Assembly (NCBI GenBank): GCA_964016885.1
Contig: OZ024742.1
Span: 246,140,001 to 246,204,000 of the forward strand
Reading direction: 5' to 3'
Length of the DNA: 64,000 nucleotides
From: Eledone cirrhosa
Lineage: Eukaryota
Shown here: positions 1-12,531 of the stretch, piece after piece
How positions within the stretch are numbered: the stretch's first letter is position 1
How the letters are laid out: the number at the start of each line of letters is the position of its first letter
Made by a program: the position numbers and the translations under genes
The notes under the pieces: generated by a model
The model's input: the letters and a program-made list of their open reading frames with translations, nothing else
Database searches by the model: none
Told to the model about the DNA's origin: nothing

Positions 1-1425
1 AGAGAAGAAATTCCAAACGTGGAAGCACGGCCTAGAATCAAAAGGCCTTAAAATTAACCTGGCTAAGACTAAAGTTCTAGTTTGTAGGAAAGAAAATAAG
101 GCGGCGGTCCCATCGGGGAAATGGCCATGCTCAGTGTGTAGGAAAGGCGTAGGTAGAAACTCCATTTTATGTCCCAAATGCAAAGTATGGGTGCATAAAA
201 GATGTAGTGGGATCACAGGTAAGCTAACTAAGAACATAGATTTTACATGTGGCCGGTGCTCTGGTGCAATAAGTAGCAGCAAGTGCCCACAAAATACTAG
301 CTCCTTCAACTGCGCAGAGGGTTCTATAGAAATAGTGGACAGCTTCCGTTATCTGGGTGACAAAATCAGCAGTGGGAGAGGGTGCTCTGAAAGTACAGTA
401 GCTAGAGTCAGAACTGGATGGAAAAAGTTCAGAGAGCTTATACCACTATTAGCCGCTAGAGGGTTCTCCCTAAAAATGAAAGGCAGGTTATACGATGCCT
501 GCATACGAACAGCAATGCTGCATGGCAGTGAGACCTGGGCATTGTGTGCAGAGGATATACACAGACTAGAGAGGAACGAAGCTTGCATGCTCCGCTGGAT
601 GTGCAATAGTAATATACGTGAACGGCAAAGCATAAACGAACTAAGGAAAAAATTAGAAATAAGAGGGATCAGATGTTGTTTACTCGAGAGAAGGCTACGT
701 TGGTACGGTCACGTGATGCGCATGAAAGACGACAGCTGTATAACAAAGTGCAGGGCAATAAAGATAGACGGTAGCCACGGAGTAGGCAGACCCAGAAAAA
801 CATGGGACGAGCTGATAAATTCCGACCTCACACGCTTACACCTCTCCAAGACAATGTCACTGGACCGAGACCTTTGGCGGTACTCAGTAATAGAGAAGAC
901 CCGCCTTACCTAAATACAAAGTAAAAACCTACTACAGTCAGTAGGCACCTCTATCAAAACACACCCCCGTCCCACCACCTCCACCCCACCCACACCGCCC
1001 CTTTCAATGTAAAGTTATGTTGGTCCCACAACATCCAGGCCGAAACAAATGAGATCGTGTAGGTGTCACGACAAAAAACACACAGTCCACGCTGTAAATG
1101 TGGCCGTGTAGGCAACACGGTAAAAACCTCCCAGCCCCACACTGTAAATGTGGTTGGTGTTAGGAAGGGCATCCAGCTGTAGAAAACCCGCCAGACAGTC
1201 CACGCTGTAATGTGGCCGTGTAGGCAACACGGTAAAAACCTCCCAGCCCCACACTGTAAATGTGGTTGGTGTTAGGAAGGGCATCCAACTGTAGAAAACC
1301 CGCCAGACAGTCCTATGCGAGCAAGACAACCACTCTTGCCTCAAGTGGGAAAACCCCCGTCCAAACCCATGCAAGCGTGGAACACGGACGCTAAACCTGA
1401 TGATGATGATGATGATGATGATGAT
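1..1425 (+). mobile_element. RTE-clade LINE, 3' part (PHD-like finger, thumb, GRP.KTW motif, 3' UTR, (GAT)n tail)
   Basis: ORF to 913 is near-identical to the C-terminus of 13611..16673; 3' UTR has a ~112-bp tandem duplication; (GAT)n tail at ~1399-1425. Confidence 0.92.
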
Positions 1426-2253
1426 GTGTATACAGTGTGTGTATGTATGCTGTAGATATAGCAATGTTGATTGACACTGAAATAGAAGCATGTGAACATG
1501 TATGTATGTGTGTGTATGTATGTATGTGTATGTATGTGTGTATGTGTGTGTGAGAGAAAGAGAGAGAAAATGAAACAGAGAAAGAGTATTACGTAGTGGT
1601 GTAAAGGATAAAATCCCCCATCGGTCATGAATAACCATGGGCTTTGCAGCTAGAAAGTTCCACTTCAAGGCACAATCCTAGGCAAGGTGTGTTTGTGGAA
1701 GACCAGCAGTCGCCTATGAATGCCAGTCTCCCCTCGCCATGCCACCAATGTTGTTCAAAGGAAAGGCAAAGGCCGATACAGTGTGGCACCAGTGATGTCA
1801 CAACTCATTTCTACAGTTGAGTGAACTGGAGCGACATAGGTATAACACCCAAACTCCCTATTCATGCCAACCCTTACCTCTGGTCATGTATCTTGGGTGA
1901 TGACTGAAAGAATATGATCATGAATACGAGCAGCCGAAATGGAGTACCTCTGAAGGGTCCTTGGAATAATGTTACTTAATAGAGTATGTAGCTTGGAGAT
2001 TAGAGAGCCCCAGGTAGAGCTGCTACTTCTCTGAATTAAGGGATCACACTTCCGATACTACAGGCATGAGGTTAAATTGTCTTGGGGAGGGAGGGGAACA
2101 AAAATTGCTGGGCAGACTTTCTGGGTAAAAGAAAAAGCAAAGGAGGAGGAGGGGGATGAGGAGGAGGAGGAGGAGGGGGATGAGGAGGGGGAGAAGGAAG
2201 GGGGGAGGATGAGGATGAGGGGATGAGGATGAGGAATATATTCCAGCATTTAC

Positions 2254-2424
2254 CTTCAGCCATTCTTCAAGAATTTCAAACATTGACACCAATTTATCTT
2301 CCCATTCAACCATCTCCATTTCAAATGGTTTCATAAATGGTGAGCCTTTCATTGTCTGAGCCTTGATTATGTGGTCATCTAACAACACCTGGATATCATC
2401 AACACTGCAAAGAATGGATACACC
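2254..2424 (-). CDS. DNAH3: DNAH3-like exon ([35 protein letters not shown]...EEWLK); gene continues beyond window
   Basis: tttccag acceptor, gtaaat donor, 171 nt, phase 0/0; LDDH..TM.GSPF motif of inner-arm dyneins. Confidence 0.93.
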
Positions 2425-2935
2425 CTGGAAATAAAAATAATACATTAACCCTTTCATTACCATATTTCTAATGAAATAGAATGTATTTGAACTGATCAAT
2501 GGATTTGGAAGGGTTTGCTAAAATTATCATTTTATCATTAAAAAGGGCGGTGGATTGGCAGTATCGGTAGAACATCGGCCATGCTTTGTAGCAGAGAGTT
2601 ACTTCCTTTTACATTCTGAATTCAAATTTTGCCAAGGTTGGTGTTTATAAAATAAAGCACCAGTAATGTACTGGGGTTGATAAATTAAAGCACCAGTAAT
2701 GTACTGGTATTGATTTGACTTTGTACCTAATTCAGAAACCAAGAGTAAATCTGTATCAATGAGTGAGGGAGGAGAAGGGGGTCACAGTGAGTAAGAAGGT
2801 GGAGGAGGATAACAGTAACATGTGACAGGTTATAATGTGTTACCATACCACAAAAAATATATATATATAAAATGTATTCATATATAAACTGACAAATATG
2901 TGACAAAAAAAACAAACAATCAATGGTAAAATAGG

Positions 2936-3838
2936 TGGGCATCGGCTTATATTCGTGACAATATTCAATATTATGACAATTTTCACCAACTTCAAATTCT
3001 ACATAAACGAAGTACTAAAATACTTTCATTTTGGAGGTATATATTACACCGGTTTCACTTTGGAGGTGAATATTACACCGGTTTCACTTTGGAGGTGAAT
3101 ATTACACCGGTTTCACTTTGGAGGTGAATATTACACAGGTTTCACTTTGGAGGTGAATATTACACAGGTTTCACTTTGGAGGTGAATATTACACCGGTTT
3201 CACTTTGGAGGTGAATATTACACAGGTTTCACTTTGGAGGTGAATATTACACAGGTTTCACTTTGGAGGTGAATATTACACTGGTTTCATTTTGGAGGTG
3301 AATATTACACTGGTTTCATTTTGAGGTGAATATTACACTGGTTTCATTTTGAGGTGAATATTACAGATTTCACTTTGGAGGTAAATATTACATAGGTTTC
3401 ACTTTGGAGGTAAATATTACATAGGTTTCACCTTTGAGGTAAATATTACACTGGTTTCACTTTGGAGGTGAATATTACACTAGTTTCACTTTCGAGTTGA
3501 ATAGTACACTAGTTTCACTTTGGAGTTGAATATTATACGAGTTTCACTTTGGAGGTGGAATTTATTTTTACTATTGTGTTTTACATGTTTTAAATGAATA
3601 TGGCTTTGAAAACAGTAAGAAATTAGCAAAATATCATTACATAATAGAGTTGTAAACAAAAACTATACTCTAAACATTTAAAGCATTTTAAATATCAAAA
3701 TATCAAAACTTCATAAATATATTCTCCATTCAAACAATGTGTTGATTAATTACCTCGGTTTATACGCAGGGTTTAGAATTTTTGCTCATTTCTCAGACAT
3801 AAAATAGTGGGTCGGCTTATATTCAAGTATATATAGTA
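2936..3838. mobile_element. Tc1/mariner-pogo-type MITE remnant containing a 29-bp tandem array
   Basis: Right end TCGGCTTATATTCAAGTATATATAGTA resembles TACCGTATATACTCGAATATAAGCCGA-type TIRs; body is homologous to 29835-30266. Confidence 0.65.
3023..3560. repeat. 29-bp minisatellite (GTTTCACTTTGGAGGTGAATATTACACCG), ~18 units
   Basis: Direct inspection; period 29. Confidence 0.93.
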
Positions 3839-3843
3839 CTTAC

Positions 3844-3958
3844 CGTTTCCCTATATGGGATCATTTCAAAATGTACATCTTCCCATTCTGATTTCATCTT
3901 TTTAAGGGCCTTTTCTAAAGAATACTCCTTAGCGGCTGCTACACCAATCTCCTCAAGT
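3844..3958 (-). CDS. DNAH3: DNAH3-like exon (LEEIGVAAAKEYSLEKALKKMKSEW...PYRET)
   Basis: attcag acceptor, gtaagt donor, 115 nt, phase 2 to 0; AxKEYSLE linker motif. Confidence 0.93.
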
Positions 3959-4013
3959 CTGAATAAAATAAAGAATTCAACAAATAAAAAAGGAAACAAA
4001 GTTGGGTAACCTT

Positions 4014-4315
4014 TTAACCCTTTGGAAACCAAACTGCCTGAGACCACTCTTGATTCTATGTTAGAAAATTGCTCATTGTAAAATGTTTATCCCAATATAT
4101 TTCATCATAAAATATTTATTTAAAATGTTTATCTTTATATCTTTCATTATAATTTTATTTTAGAAATTTTCATTAAGTAATGTTCTAGATATCAACATAC
4201 TAATGAAAAACTTAGTTATTTTATGAAATTCCTCCAAATATTTAATTATTTTCAAAATTAACTGAAACATATAGGCAAGTGTAGTTCATTAGAAATACAG
4301 TAATGAAATGGTTAA
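4014..4315. mobile_element. Degenerate TTAA-type MITE (related copy at ~27302-27549)
   Basis: ttaaccctttgg... and ...taatgaaatggttaa ends; shared internal AT-rich motifs with 27302-27549. Confidence 0.5.
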
Positions 4316-5479
4316 AGAACACTACCTACAGAAAGTCATCCTACAGACAGTAATACTAGATAGCAATCCCACAGACAGCATTCCCACAGATAATAATCCT
4401 ACAGATATTATAGAATTGAAAAGGGAAATTTGTGTTTATATAATATGTAGCAATAGAATGAATGTTTACACCCATAGTATCATGTGTCCATGTGATACAT
4501 GTTTATAATAAATCAATGTTATTTATAAATATTATACATGGTAATAGGAGTAGCAAGAAATGGTTTTATAGATGTAAATAACATATACTCTTGTCGTAGA
4601 TATTTTTACTGCTGAATTATCTTCTTACTGATGACCACTTAAATCTTTGACAGCCAGATAGACTGATGAAGGTAGTTATACATATTGCCTAAGAACATAG
4701 TACAAAGTATGTAGTGAGATAGCTAGGTGGGTTTCTGCGTGTCTTTTATGTTACTGCTATTTACGAAAAGCATTCCAATTTTAGAATCTTCTGATCAGAA
4801 ATTTTTGCAGTCCTTTACAAACTACCACCTGTCACTTGGGAAAAATTGAATCAACCCAACCTACTTTGTTAAATCTTCTCCGCAACTGAAGCACTTCTCA
4901 GAGCGGGGTGTAGAGTCTGTCACTCACACCATCTCCCTTCTTAGGAGTCACAACAAAAAGCACCTAGTAAACACTGTAAATGTGGTTGGCATTAGGAAGG
5001 GCATCCAGCCGTAGAAACCTAGCCAGAAACAGTTCTATATGAGCAAGACATAGTCACCTGACCCAACTTGACTCTAATGGAATGGGACAACCCATCAAAC
5101 CCATGCTAGCATGGGAACAGGATGTTAAACGATGATGATGATTGCCATGTGTATTCTACAGATTTTATTACATTTTCCATTTAGTAAAATAAAGTAAAAT
5201 GTGTATATAACAGTATTATAAAGAGCAAAATATATTTAAACCAACATTTTATCTGACAAAAGATTATGTTTTCATTTTGATGGACTCATACAATTATGCC
5301 CAGGTAACCTTCATAACATTATTATGAAGAGCAAAAATTTATTTAGGTCAATATTTTATATTATAAAGCTAAAACAAAGCTATATTCTTTGAAATATAGT
5401 AAATTAAAACAAGTTGGGATTTTATTTTTTTTTCTTAATTGTCCAGGTGGTAATTTGTCAGACTTGAATCATGGATTTA

Positions 5480-6155
5480 AGAACTTTTTACATCAAACAC
5501 GCTACAGAGTACATCCTCAAAAATTGTCAAGAAAGCCAAGGGTGTCTTAGCATCACTCAGTAACACCTTTGTCAGCTACTCTCCAGCTAAAAAGATGGTT
5601 AATAATTTTGTGGGAGTCTACCAAATCAGTTGCCAGACGTTGGAGCTTTAATGTATTCATGCCCAGGGATATTCACCTCCATCAGGCATCTACCATACTC
5701 TGAATGCATTGCTTCCCTGGGCATGGATATATTAAAGGTCCAACCTCTGGCATTTGGTAGACACCCACAAAATGATTAACCACCCTGAGTACCTTTTTGA
5801 ATTCCATGTGTCTAACACCCTAACAAAGTCAGAAAACAACACAGCTCCCATGACTTTCGGAAACAATTTTCCCCGTTCAGAGTTGCTGAAGCATGGAACA
5901 AACTACTGCATCAGTTGTTAGCCGTTGGGACACTGCATCCTTCAAAACCTCCATGCTTCCCGAAATTCGCCAACACTACACTTGATATCCCCCTTCCATA
6001 CACACGTATACATGTGTCTGTGTGTATATCATGACTCGTACACTATTCACTTTCTTGGCATTTGTACATTATTCTATGTACTCTACATGCACCTTTGATG
6101 AGTTGTAGTGTATCTGCGAACTGTACACAATAATTTTCATTATTATTATTATTAT
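5480..6155 (+). mobile_element. Degenerate copy of the same CR1 3' end with (ATT)n tail
   Basis: Nucleotide match to the reverse complement of 30941-31586 (agaaaacaacacagctcccatgactttcggaaac...). Confidence 0.78.
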
Positions 6156-6156
6156 T

Positions 6157-6352
6157 GGCGGTGGATTGGCAGTATCGGTAAAGGGTCGGACGCCATGCTT
6201 TCCAGCATAGTTAAGTCCCTTTACGATCTGAGTTCAAATCCCGCCGAGGTTGACTTTGCCTTTCATCCTTATGGGGTAGATAAAATAAAGTACCAGTAAT
6301 GCACTGGGTAATTGCTGGCCTTGTGCCTAAAGTAGAAACAATTATTATTATT
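6157..6352 (+). mobile_element. tRNA-derived SINE with Nin/Deu-like central domain (representative copy)
   Basis: A box TGGCAGTATCGG, B box GTTCAAATCC, GCCTTTCATCCTT..GGGGT.GATAAAATAAAGTACCAG core, (ATT)n tail. About 20 further copies or fragments occur, e.g. 2545, 8770, 27900, 30435, 41320, 49785, 51920, 52172, 54175, 57045, 58672. Confidence 0.82.
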
Positions 6353-6536
6353 AGAAAATATGAGAAAAATCTAAAAAGTTGAACAAGACATATCTAAAAG
6401 AAAGGCTATCACTGCTTAACCAGGGCTGATCTGGGTTTATTAGTGTTATTGATATATCTCCACTACAACAGTATCAACAGTATTTCATCAGCACTACACA
6501 ATCATTATCAGAGATATCAAATATAGGCTTTCTTAC

Positions 6537-6628
6537 TTGCTGAGATGGTCTGCAAATCCAGAGTTGAGCATATCAAATAGGGAGGTGGTTTCTGTTGGTT
6601 TTACATTAAAGCCCACAACTTCGCTGAC
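6537..6628 (-). CDS. DNAH3: DNAH3-like exon (VSEVVGFNVKPTETTSLFDMLNSGFADHLS), not in ORF track
   Basis: tttgcag acceptor, gtaaga donor, 92 nt, phase 0 to 2. Confidence 0.9.
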
Positions 6629-7059
6629 CTGCAAATATTAATACATTAGTTGACAACACTGTATTTCAAAGTGATTTTTTAGAAACAATAGGGTTTTGTG
6701 AAAAAATTCTGTGGATCCCTAAAAAAATTTTATTTTATCATTTTTCTTTTAGAGAGTGGCGGAGAAAATATAGGTATGGGTTCCACAACTTTTGAACATT
6801 TTTTATAAGGGTTCTGGGACAAAATAAATTTAGGAGACAATGGTTTATATTAGCAATAAGGAACAGGATGTATCTTTCATGTGGCTTTTCTCAGCACTTC
6901 CAGCAAAACAATGAACACATTATATGCAAACTCTGTCTGAAATATTCCAGTCACAATCTTAATTGTGATGGTCCACATTTCTTCTGTTAATTTTCAGATT
7001 TAAAGGCAAACACATTTCTATTTATGACATACAACACACACACACATACACACATACAT

Positions 7060-8085
7060 ACAAACATTTTGTTATCTTGGATACTTGTTGAGTGGAGAGG
7101 ATTGGTCAGACACCGTGACAGTATCTTGAGTGAGAAATGGAAGATTTTCTAGGGATTTTCTAGGAGAGTGTCATTAAAACTGAAGGAAAAGGTGTATGCT
7201 GCATGTGTGAGAATTACCATGATTTATAAGAGTGAAACATAGGTGATGAACATGGAGCAGTAGAGAAGGTTGACAGAATGGAAATGAGAATGGTCTGGTG
7301 AATGTGTGGTGTGTTGCTGAGTGAGAGAAATACAAACAATGAAATAAAGAAGATGATGGGAATAAAGGCAGTAATGAATGTTATAAAGAGATATGGAATG
7401 AGATGGTTGGGTCATGTGTTGAGGAAGGATTAGAGTGACTGGATGAGTGGAATAGAGCTAGTGATGGATGTTGTGAAGAGAAATGGAATGAAATGGTTAG
7501 GTCATGTGTTGGGGAAGGATGAAAGTGACTGGGTGAGAGAAGTGATGGAAATGAATGTGGAAGAAAATAGAGGAAGGATAAGACCAAGGAAGACATGGTT
7601 AAAGATGATGGAGGAGGAAACGAAAGCCATGGGGTTTGTGAAGAAGAATGCAGACAATAGAGCAAAATGGAGAACCTTATTTTTACATCTACTTTTCCAT
7701 GCTGGCATGTGTTAGACAAGACTTTTTGATGCTAAACTATTCTTACTTTATAAGTATGATATATACCACTCATCTTCATGAAATTACTACACTGCCTGAG
7801 AGAAATGAGAATGGTCTGGTGGATGAGTAGTGTGTTGCTGAGTGAGAGAAAGACAAACAATGAAATGAAGGGAATAGAGCCAGTGATGAATGTTGTAAAG
7901 AGAAATGGAATAAGATGGCTGGGTCATATGTTGAGGAAGGATTAAAGTGACTGGGTGAGAGGATGATAGGAATAGAGGCAGTGATGGATGTTGTGGGACA
8001 TAAACAAACATCTTTAGTTGCTTTAAGCATTAACGGAATTAAAATGCAAGCAGGGAAAAGCGGACGTATGATGATGATGATGATC
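7060..8085 (+). mobile_element. Degenerate RTE-like 3' fragment with internal duplications
   Basis: WLGHVL..R.RPRKTW motif; repeated ~120-bp blocks; GAT tail at ~8068-8085. Confidence 0.6.
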
Positions 8086-8280
8086 ATAAACTGACACACT
8101 CACCCATACATTGGTTGCCATTGGTTTGTCTGAACCTATGTTCCAAATATGTTGCACAATGAGATGAATCCTGAAAACTATGTACATGGTTGCAAAGCAA
8201 ACTTCTTAACCACACAATCAAGCCTACACCTATTCAACTAGAACAGTTAATGGGCAATAAATAGTATATCATTTGCTTAC

Positions 8281-8492
8281 TTGTTTCCAATGTCTTTCTT
8301 GCATACCAGGGTTACATATCACCTGCAAGAGCGGCAGGTGAGCTTTGAACTTGTCCAATTTACTGCGAACACTGTCAGCTATACGCCGTGGTCCAGGCTG
8401 ATCACTGAGGACTTTTGTTAATTTATACATCGTACGCCACATTTCACCAACCTCATTCTCAATACTTTCAGCATTCAATTCCAAGAATGCTC
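8281..8492 (-). CDS. DNAH3: DNAH3-like exon (AFLELNAESIE...ICNPGMQERHWKQ)
   Basis: tttctag acceptor, gtaagc donor, 212 nt, phase 1 to 0; NPGMxxRHW is a conserved dynein DHC_N2 motif. Confidence 0.93.
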
Positions 8493-9106
8493 CTAGAAAT
8501 ATATCGAAGAAGTTATTCGTTTTGATAGCATATTTCTAATGAAATACGCTGCTGATATGTTTCAATTCATTTTCAAAATAATCAAGAATTTGGAATAATT
8601 TAGAAAGTTATGAAAGTTAATCCTTTCATTAACATATTTCTAATGAAATACACTGCTGATATGCCTCAATTTTCAAAACAATCAAGAATTTGGAAGAATT
8701 TATTAATATACCCAAGTGTTTTTCATTATTAAACTGATATAGGTGAAAGATTTATCTGCTCAGGAGAAAGGGTGGTAAATTGGAAAAATTGGTAGAGCAT
8801 CTGACAACACGCTTTGCAGCATTTAGTTATGGCTATGTATGTTCTGAGTTCAAATCAAGCCGAAGTTAGCTTTGCCTTTCATCCTTATAGGGTTGATAAT
8901 ATAAAATACTAGTAAAACACTGGGTTCAATATAATTGACTTTCCCCTTCCATTCAAATTTCTGGTCTTGTGCCAAAAGTAGAAACAATTATTATAGTTAG
9001 TGCTGGTGGTGGTGGTGGTAGTGGTAGTATACTTTCATGTTCATCACTTATATGTTCATACACACAAACACATAATCTCACACATTCAGTTGCTGATATT
9101 AAGGCC

Positions 9107-9128
9107 CACACACACACACACACACACA

Positions 9129-9186
<58 letters not shown>

Positions 9187-9249
9187 TGTGTCTGTCTGTC
9201 TGTCTGTGTGTGTGTGTGTGTGTGTGTCTGTGTCTGTGTGTGTGTGTGT
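9107..9249. repeat. (CA)n directly followed by (GT)n
   Basis: cacaca...cacgtgtgtg: self-complementary junction at ~9131. Confidence 0.95.
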
Positions 9250-9261
9250 TTCTCCCGAATG

Positions 9262-9502
9262 AAACAGGCTCTAGTCCTGTAGAAGCCATTTCTATATTAA
9301 TTCCAAGAGATGTCAACATGAATGGACCAGTTATTTTTTATTAAAGACATTTTTTCCAATTCCATCCCACCTGTCCCCTCAATCTATTTTATTTTTCATT
9401 ATTTCTTCTGATGAAATGTTAAGACTCTCCTGCTGCTATATCAAGCATTAATCTAATATATACCTTCCATATACCGATTGTGTTGTTATTTCTGTTTACC
9501 AT
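9262..9502 (+). mobile_element. PLE pseudo-LTR copy, direct repeat of ~11054-11272, hammerhead stem II deleted
   Basis: caagagatgtcaacatgaatggacc...ccgattgtgttgttatttctgtttacc is shared with 11054-11272. Confidence 0.62.
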
Positions 9503-9528
9503 TTACACACACATATATATATATAACG

Positions 9529-10858
9529 CTCATAGCCAAATCAATGGCTGAACTAGAGAAGAAATTCCAAACATGGAAGCATGGAAGCATGGCCTAGAAT
9601 CAAAAGGCCTTAAAGTTAACTTGTCTAAGACTAAAGTCCTAATATGCAGGAAGGAGGATAGGGCACTGGTCCCATCTGGCGAATGGCCATGCTCAGTATG
9701 TAGGAAAGGAGTAGGCAGAAACTCCATTTTATGTCCAAAATGCAAAGTATGGGTGCGTAAAAGATGTAGTGGGATCACAGGTAAGCTAACTAAGAATATA
9801 GATTTTATATGTGGCCAGTGCTGGTGCAATAAATAGCAGCAAATGCCCACAGAATACTAGCTCATTCCATTGCCCAGATGGTTCTATAGAAATAGTGGAC
9901 ACCTTCCGTTACCTGGGTGACAAAATCAGCAGGGGTGGAGGGTGCTCCGAAAGTACAGTAGCTAGAGTCAGAACGAGATGGAAAAAGTTCAGAGAGCTTA
10001 TACCACTATTGGCCGCTAAAGGTTTCTCTCTAAAACTAAAAGGCAGGCTGTATGATGCCTGCATACGAACAACGATGTTACATGACAGTGAGACATGAGC
10101 CTTGTGTGCAGAGGATCTACGCAGACTGGAGAGGAATGAAGCTTGCATACTCCGTTGGATGTGTAATAGTAATATATGCGAACGGCAAAGCATAAATGAA
10201 CTAAGTGAGAAATTAGGAATAAGAGGGATCAGATGCTGTTTACTTGAGAGAAGACTATGTTAGTATGGTCACGTGATGCGCATGAAAGACGACAGCTGTA
10301 TAAAAAGTGCAGGGCGATCAAAATAGACGGTAGTTACGGAGTAGGCAGACCCAGAAAAACCTGGGACAACTTGATAAAATCCGACCTCACACACTTACAC
10401 CTCTCCAAGACAATGTCACTGGACCGAGATCTTTGCCGCTACGTAGTAATACAGAAGACCCGCCTTGCCTGAGTACAAAGCGAAACCTACAGTCAGTAGG
10501 CACCTCTTAACCAAAATACACCCCCGTCCCACTAATCCTACCCCCACCGCCATCTACCGCCCTTTCGATGTAAAGCTATGTTGGTACCACAACATCCAGT
10601 CCTAAATAAATGAGATCGTGTAGGTGTCACGACAAAAAAAACACAGTCTACGCTGTAATGTGGCCGTGTAGGTAACACAGTAAAAACCTCCCAGTCCACA
10701 CTGTAAACGTGGTTGGTGTTAGGAAGGACATCCAGCTGTAGAAAACCTGCCAGACAGTCCTATACGAGCAAGACAACCAATCTTGCCTCAAGTGCGACAA
10801 TTCCCGTCCAGACCCATGCTAGCGTGGAAGATGGACGTTAAATGATAATGATGATGAT
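9529..10858 (+). mobile_element. RTE LINE, 5'-truncated, frameshifted copy
   Basis: ORF pieces 9573-10472 match the same family; same 3' UTR and GAT tail; flanked by TA runs. Confidence 0.9.
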
Positions 10859-10994
10859 ATATATATATACACACACACATTTCTTCTTAGCTTCGTACGG
10901 ACCTATAATAACATACGCACACACACACAAACTCATGCTTACGAACGTGCTCATGTATAGCTCTTTTTACAAAACGGTTTTTTTTTTTCCATTT

Positions 10995-11272
10995 CAGGTA
11001 GACGCTTTTCTAAAAAACAAATCATACACAAAACGCCAGCACCAACAGTTTTGCAAGAGATGTCAACATGAATGGACCTGTTATTTTTATCTAAAGACAT
11101 TTTTTCCAATTCCAATCCGCCCGTCCCCTCAATCTATTTTATTTCTCATTCTTTCTTCTGATGAAGGACTAGCGTCCGAAAACGTTAAGACCCTCTTCCT
11201 GCTATATCAAGTGTTAACCTAATATATACCTTCCATATACTGTACCGATTGTGTTGTTATTTCTGTTTACCC
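10995..11272 (+). mobile_element. PLE pseudo-LTR copy with intact minimal hammerhead
   Basis: Direct repeat of 9303-9502, contains CTGATGA..GAAA and ends in a TA run. Confidence 0.65.
11154..11190 (+). ncRNA. Minimal type I hammerhead ribozyme
   Basis: tctt CTGATGA a GGAC-tagc-GTCC GAA AACGTT A aga: core, 4-bp stem II, palindromic stem III and short stem I. Confidence 0.78.
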
Positions 11273-11339
11273 TATATATATATATATATATAGTGACGAA
11301 ACATAAGAGTCAATTGCATGAACTCATAATCCTTTATTT

Positions 11340-11395
11340 ACTGCTATATATATTTCGATGATAGCCATTGCATGGCTATGACCTCATCAGACAGT
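11340..11395 (-). ncRNA. Hammerhead ribozyme (type I, long stem II)
   Basis: Minus strand reads ACTGT CTGATGA GGT-C-ATAGCCAT-gca-ATGGCTAT-C-ATC GAA ATATATAT A GCAGT. Confidence 0.8.
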
Positions 11396-11435
11396 TAGTC
11401 AGTTCTTAGATATGCCAAAACTAATTCATTGCCGT

Positions 11436-11447
11436 TATATATATATA

Positions 11448-11493
<46 letters not shown>

Positions 11494-11578
11494 TATATCT
11501 ATATATATAAATATATATATATATATATAAATATATAAATATATATATATATATATAAATATATATATATATAAAAAT

Positions 11579-11669
<91 letters not shown>

Positions 11670-11672
11670 AAT

Positions 11673-11725
<53 letters not shown>

Positions 11726-11728
11726 AAT

Positions 11729-11781
<53 letters not shown>

Positions 11782-11784
11782 AAT

Positions 11785-11871
<87 letters not shown>

Positions 11872-11885
11872 AATATATATATATA

Positions 11886-11931
<46 letters not shown>

Positions 11932-11953
11932 TATATATAAATATATATATATG

Positions 11954-11989
<36 letters not shown>

Positions 11990-12032
11990 AATATATATAT
12001 ATATAAATATACATATATATAAATATACATAT

Positions 12033-12071
<39 letters not shown>

Positions 12072-12116
12072 AATATATATATATATAAATATACATATAT
12101 ATAAATATACATATAT

Positions 12117-12160
<44 letters not shown>
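11436..12160. repeat. (TA)n array interrupted by TAAA units
   Basis: Direct inspection. Confidence 0.97.
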
Positions 12161-12166
<6 letters not shown>

Positions 12167-12416
12167 AGATCAAAAGATGGTTAAAGGAGTTCCATGTATT
12201 TTATTATGCGCATTTCAAAAACAAACATCATCATGCAATAATATTTGTGTTTTCATCAGATAAAACAGGAGAACATGATATGAAGGCTAAAAAACACTTG
12301 TCCAACACTTTAACCATCTTTTGATCTTATATTATGTATACTCCAGTCCTACAAACTGTAGAGTGCTTCTTATCCGATAACTGCATTTCTTTATTGTACT
12401 ACAATAAAACTCACCT

Positions 12417-12418
<2 letters not shown>
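12158..12418. mobile_element. Minimal PLE remnant: hammerhead pLTR plus short inverted end and tail
   Basis: ~28-bp inverted repeat (ataatataagatcaaaagatggttaaag / ctttaaccatcttttgatcttatattat), minus-strand hammerhead, GAGTGCT tail motif, TA flanks. Confidence 0.7.
12199..12265 (-). ncRNA. Hammerhead ribozyme (type I, long stem II)
   Basis: Minus strand reads TTTTAT CTGATGA AAA-C-ACAAATAT...ATGTTTGT-T-TTT GAA ATGCGCAT A ATAAAA. Confidence 0.8.
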
Positions 12419-12456
<38 letters not shown>

Positions 12457-12462
12457 TGTATA

Positions 12463-12530
<68 letters not shown>

Positions 12531-12531
<1 letters not shown>

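Noticed and set aside
2058-2263. Pro/Ser-rich short ORFs
   Set aside because: Translations of an intronic (GGA/GAT)n purine tract next to the exon donor.
3023-3560. CRISPR-like 29-bp repeat with a hairpin
   Set aside because: Units are head-to-tail with no unique spacers, there are no cas genes, and the context is a eukaryotic intron.
6157-6260. tRNA genes
   Set aside because: A and B boxes are too far apart, no cloverleaf forms, and each is followed by the SINE body; these are SINE heads.
11395-12173. Long YI/IY-rich ORFs (also 16694-17596, 19602-20111, 22970-23485, 36203-36825, 38841-39974)
   Set aside because: These are translations of (TA)n/TAAA/TACA microsatellites that lack stops on one strand; not proteins.
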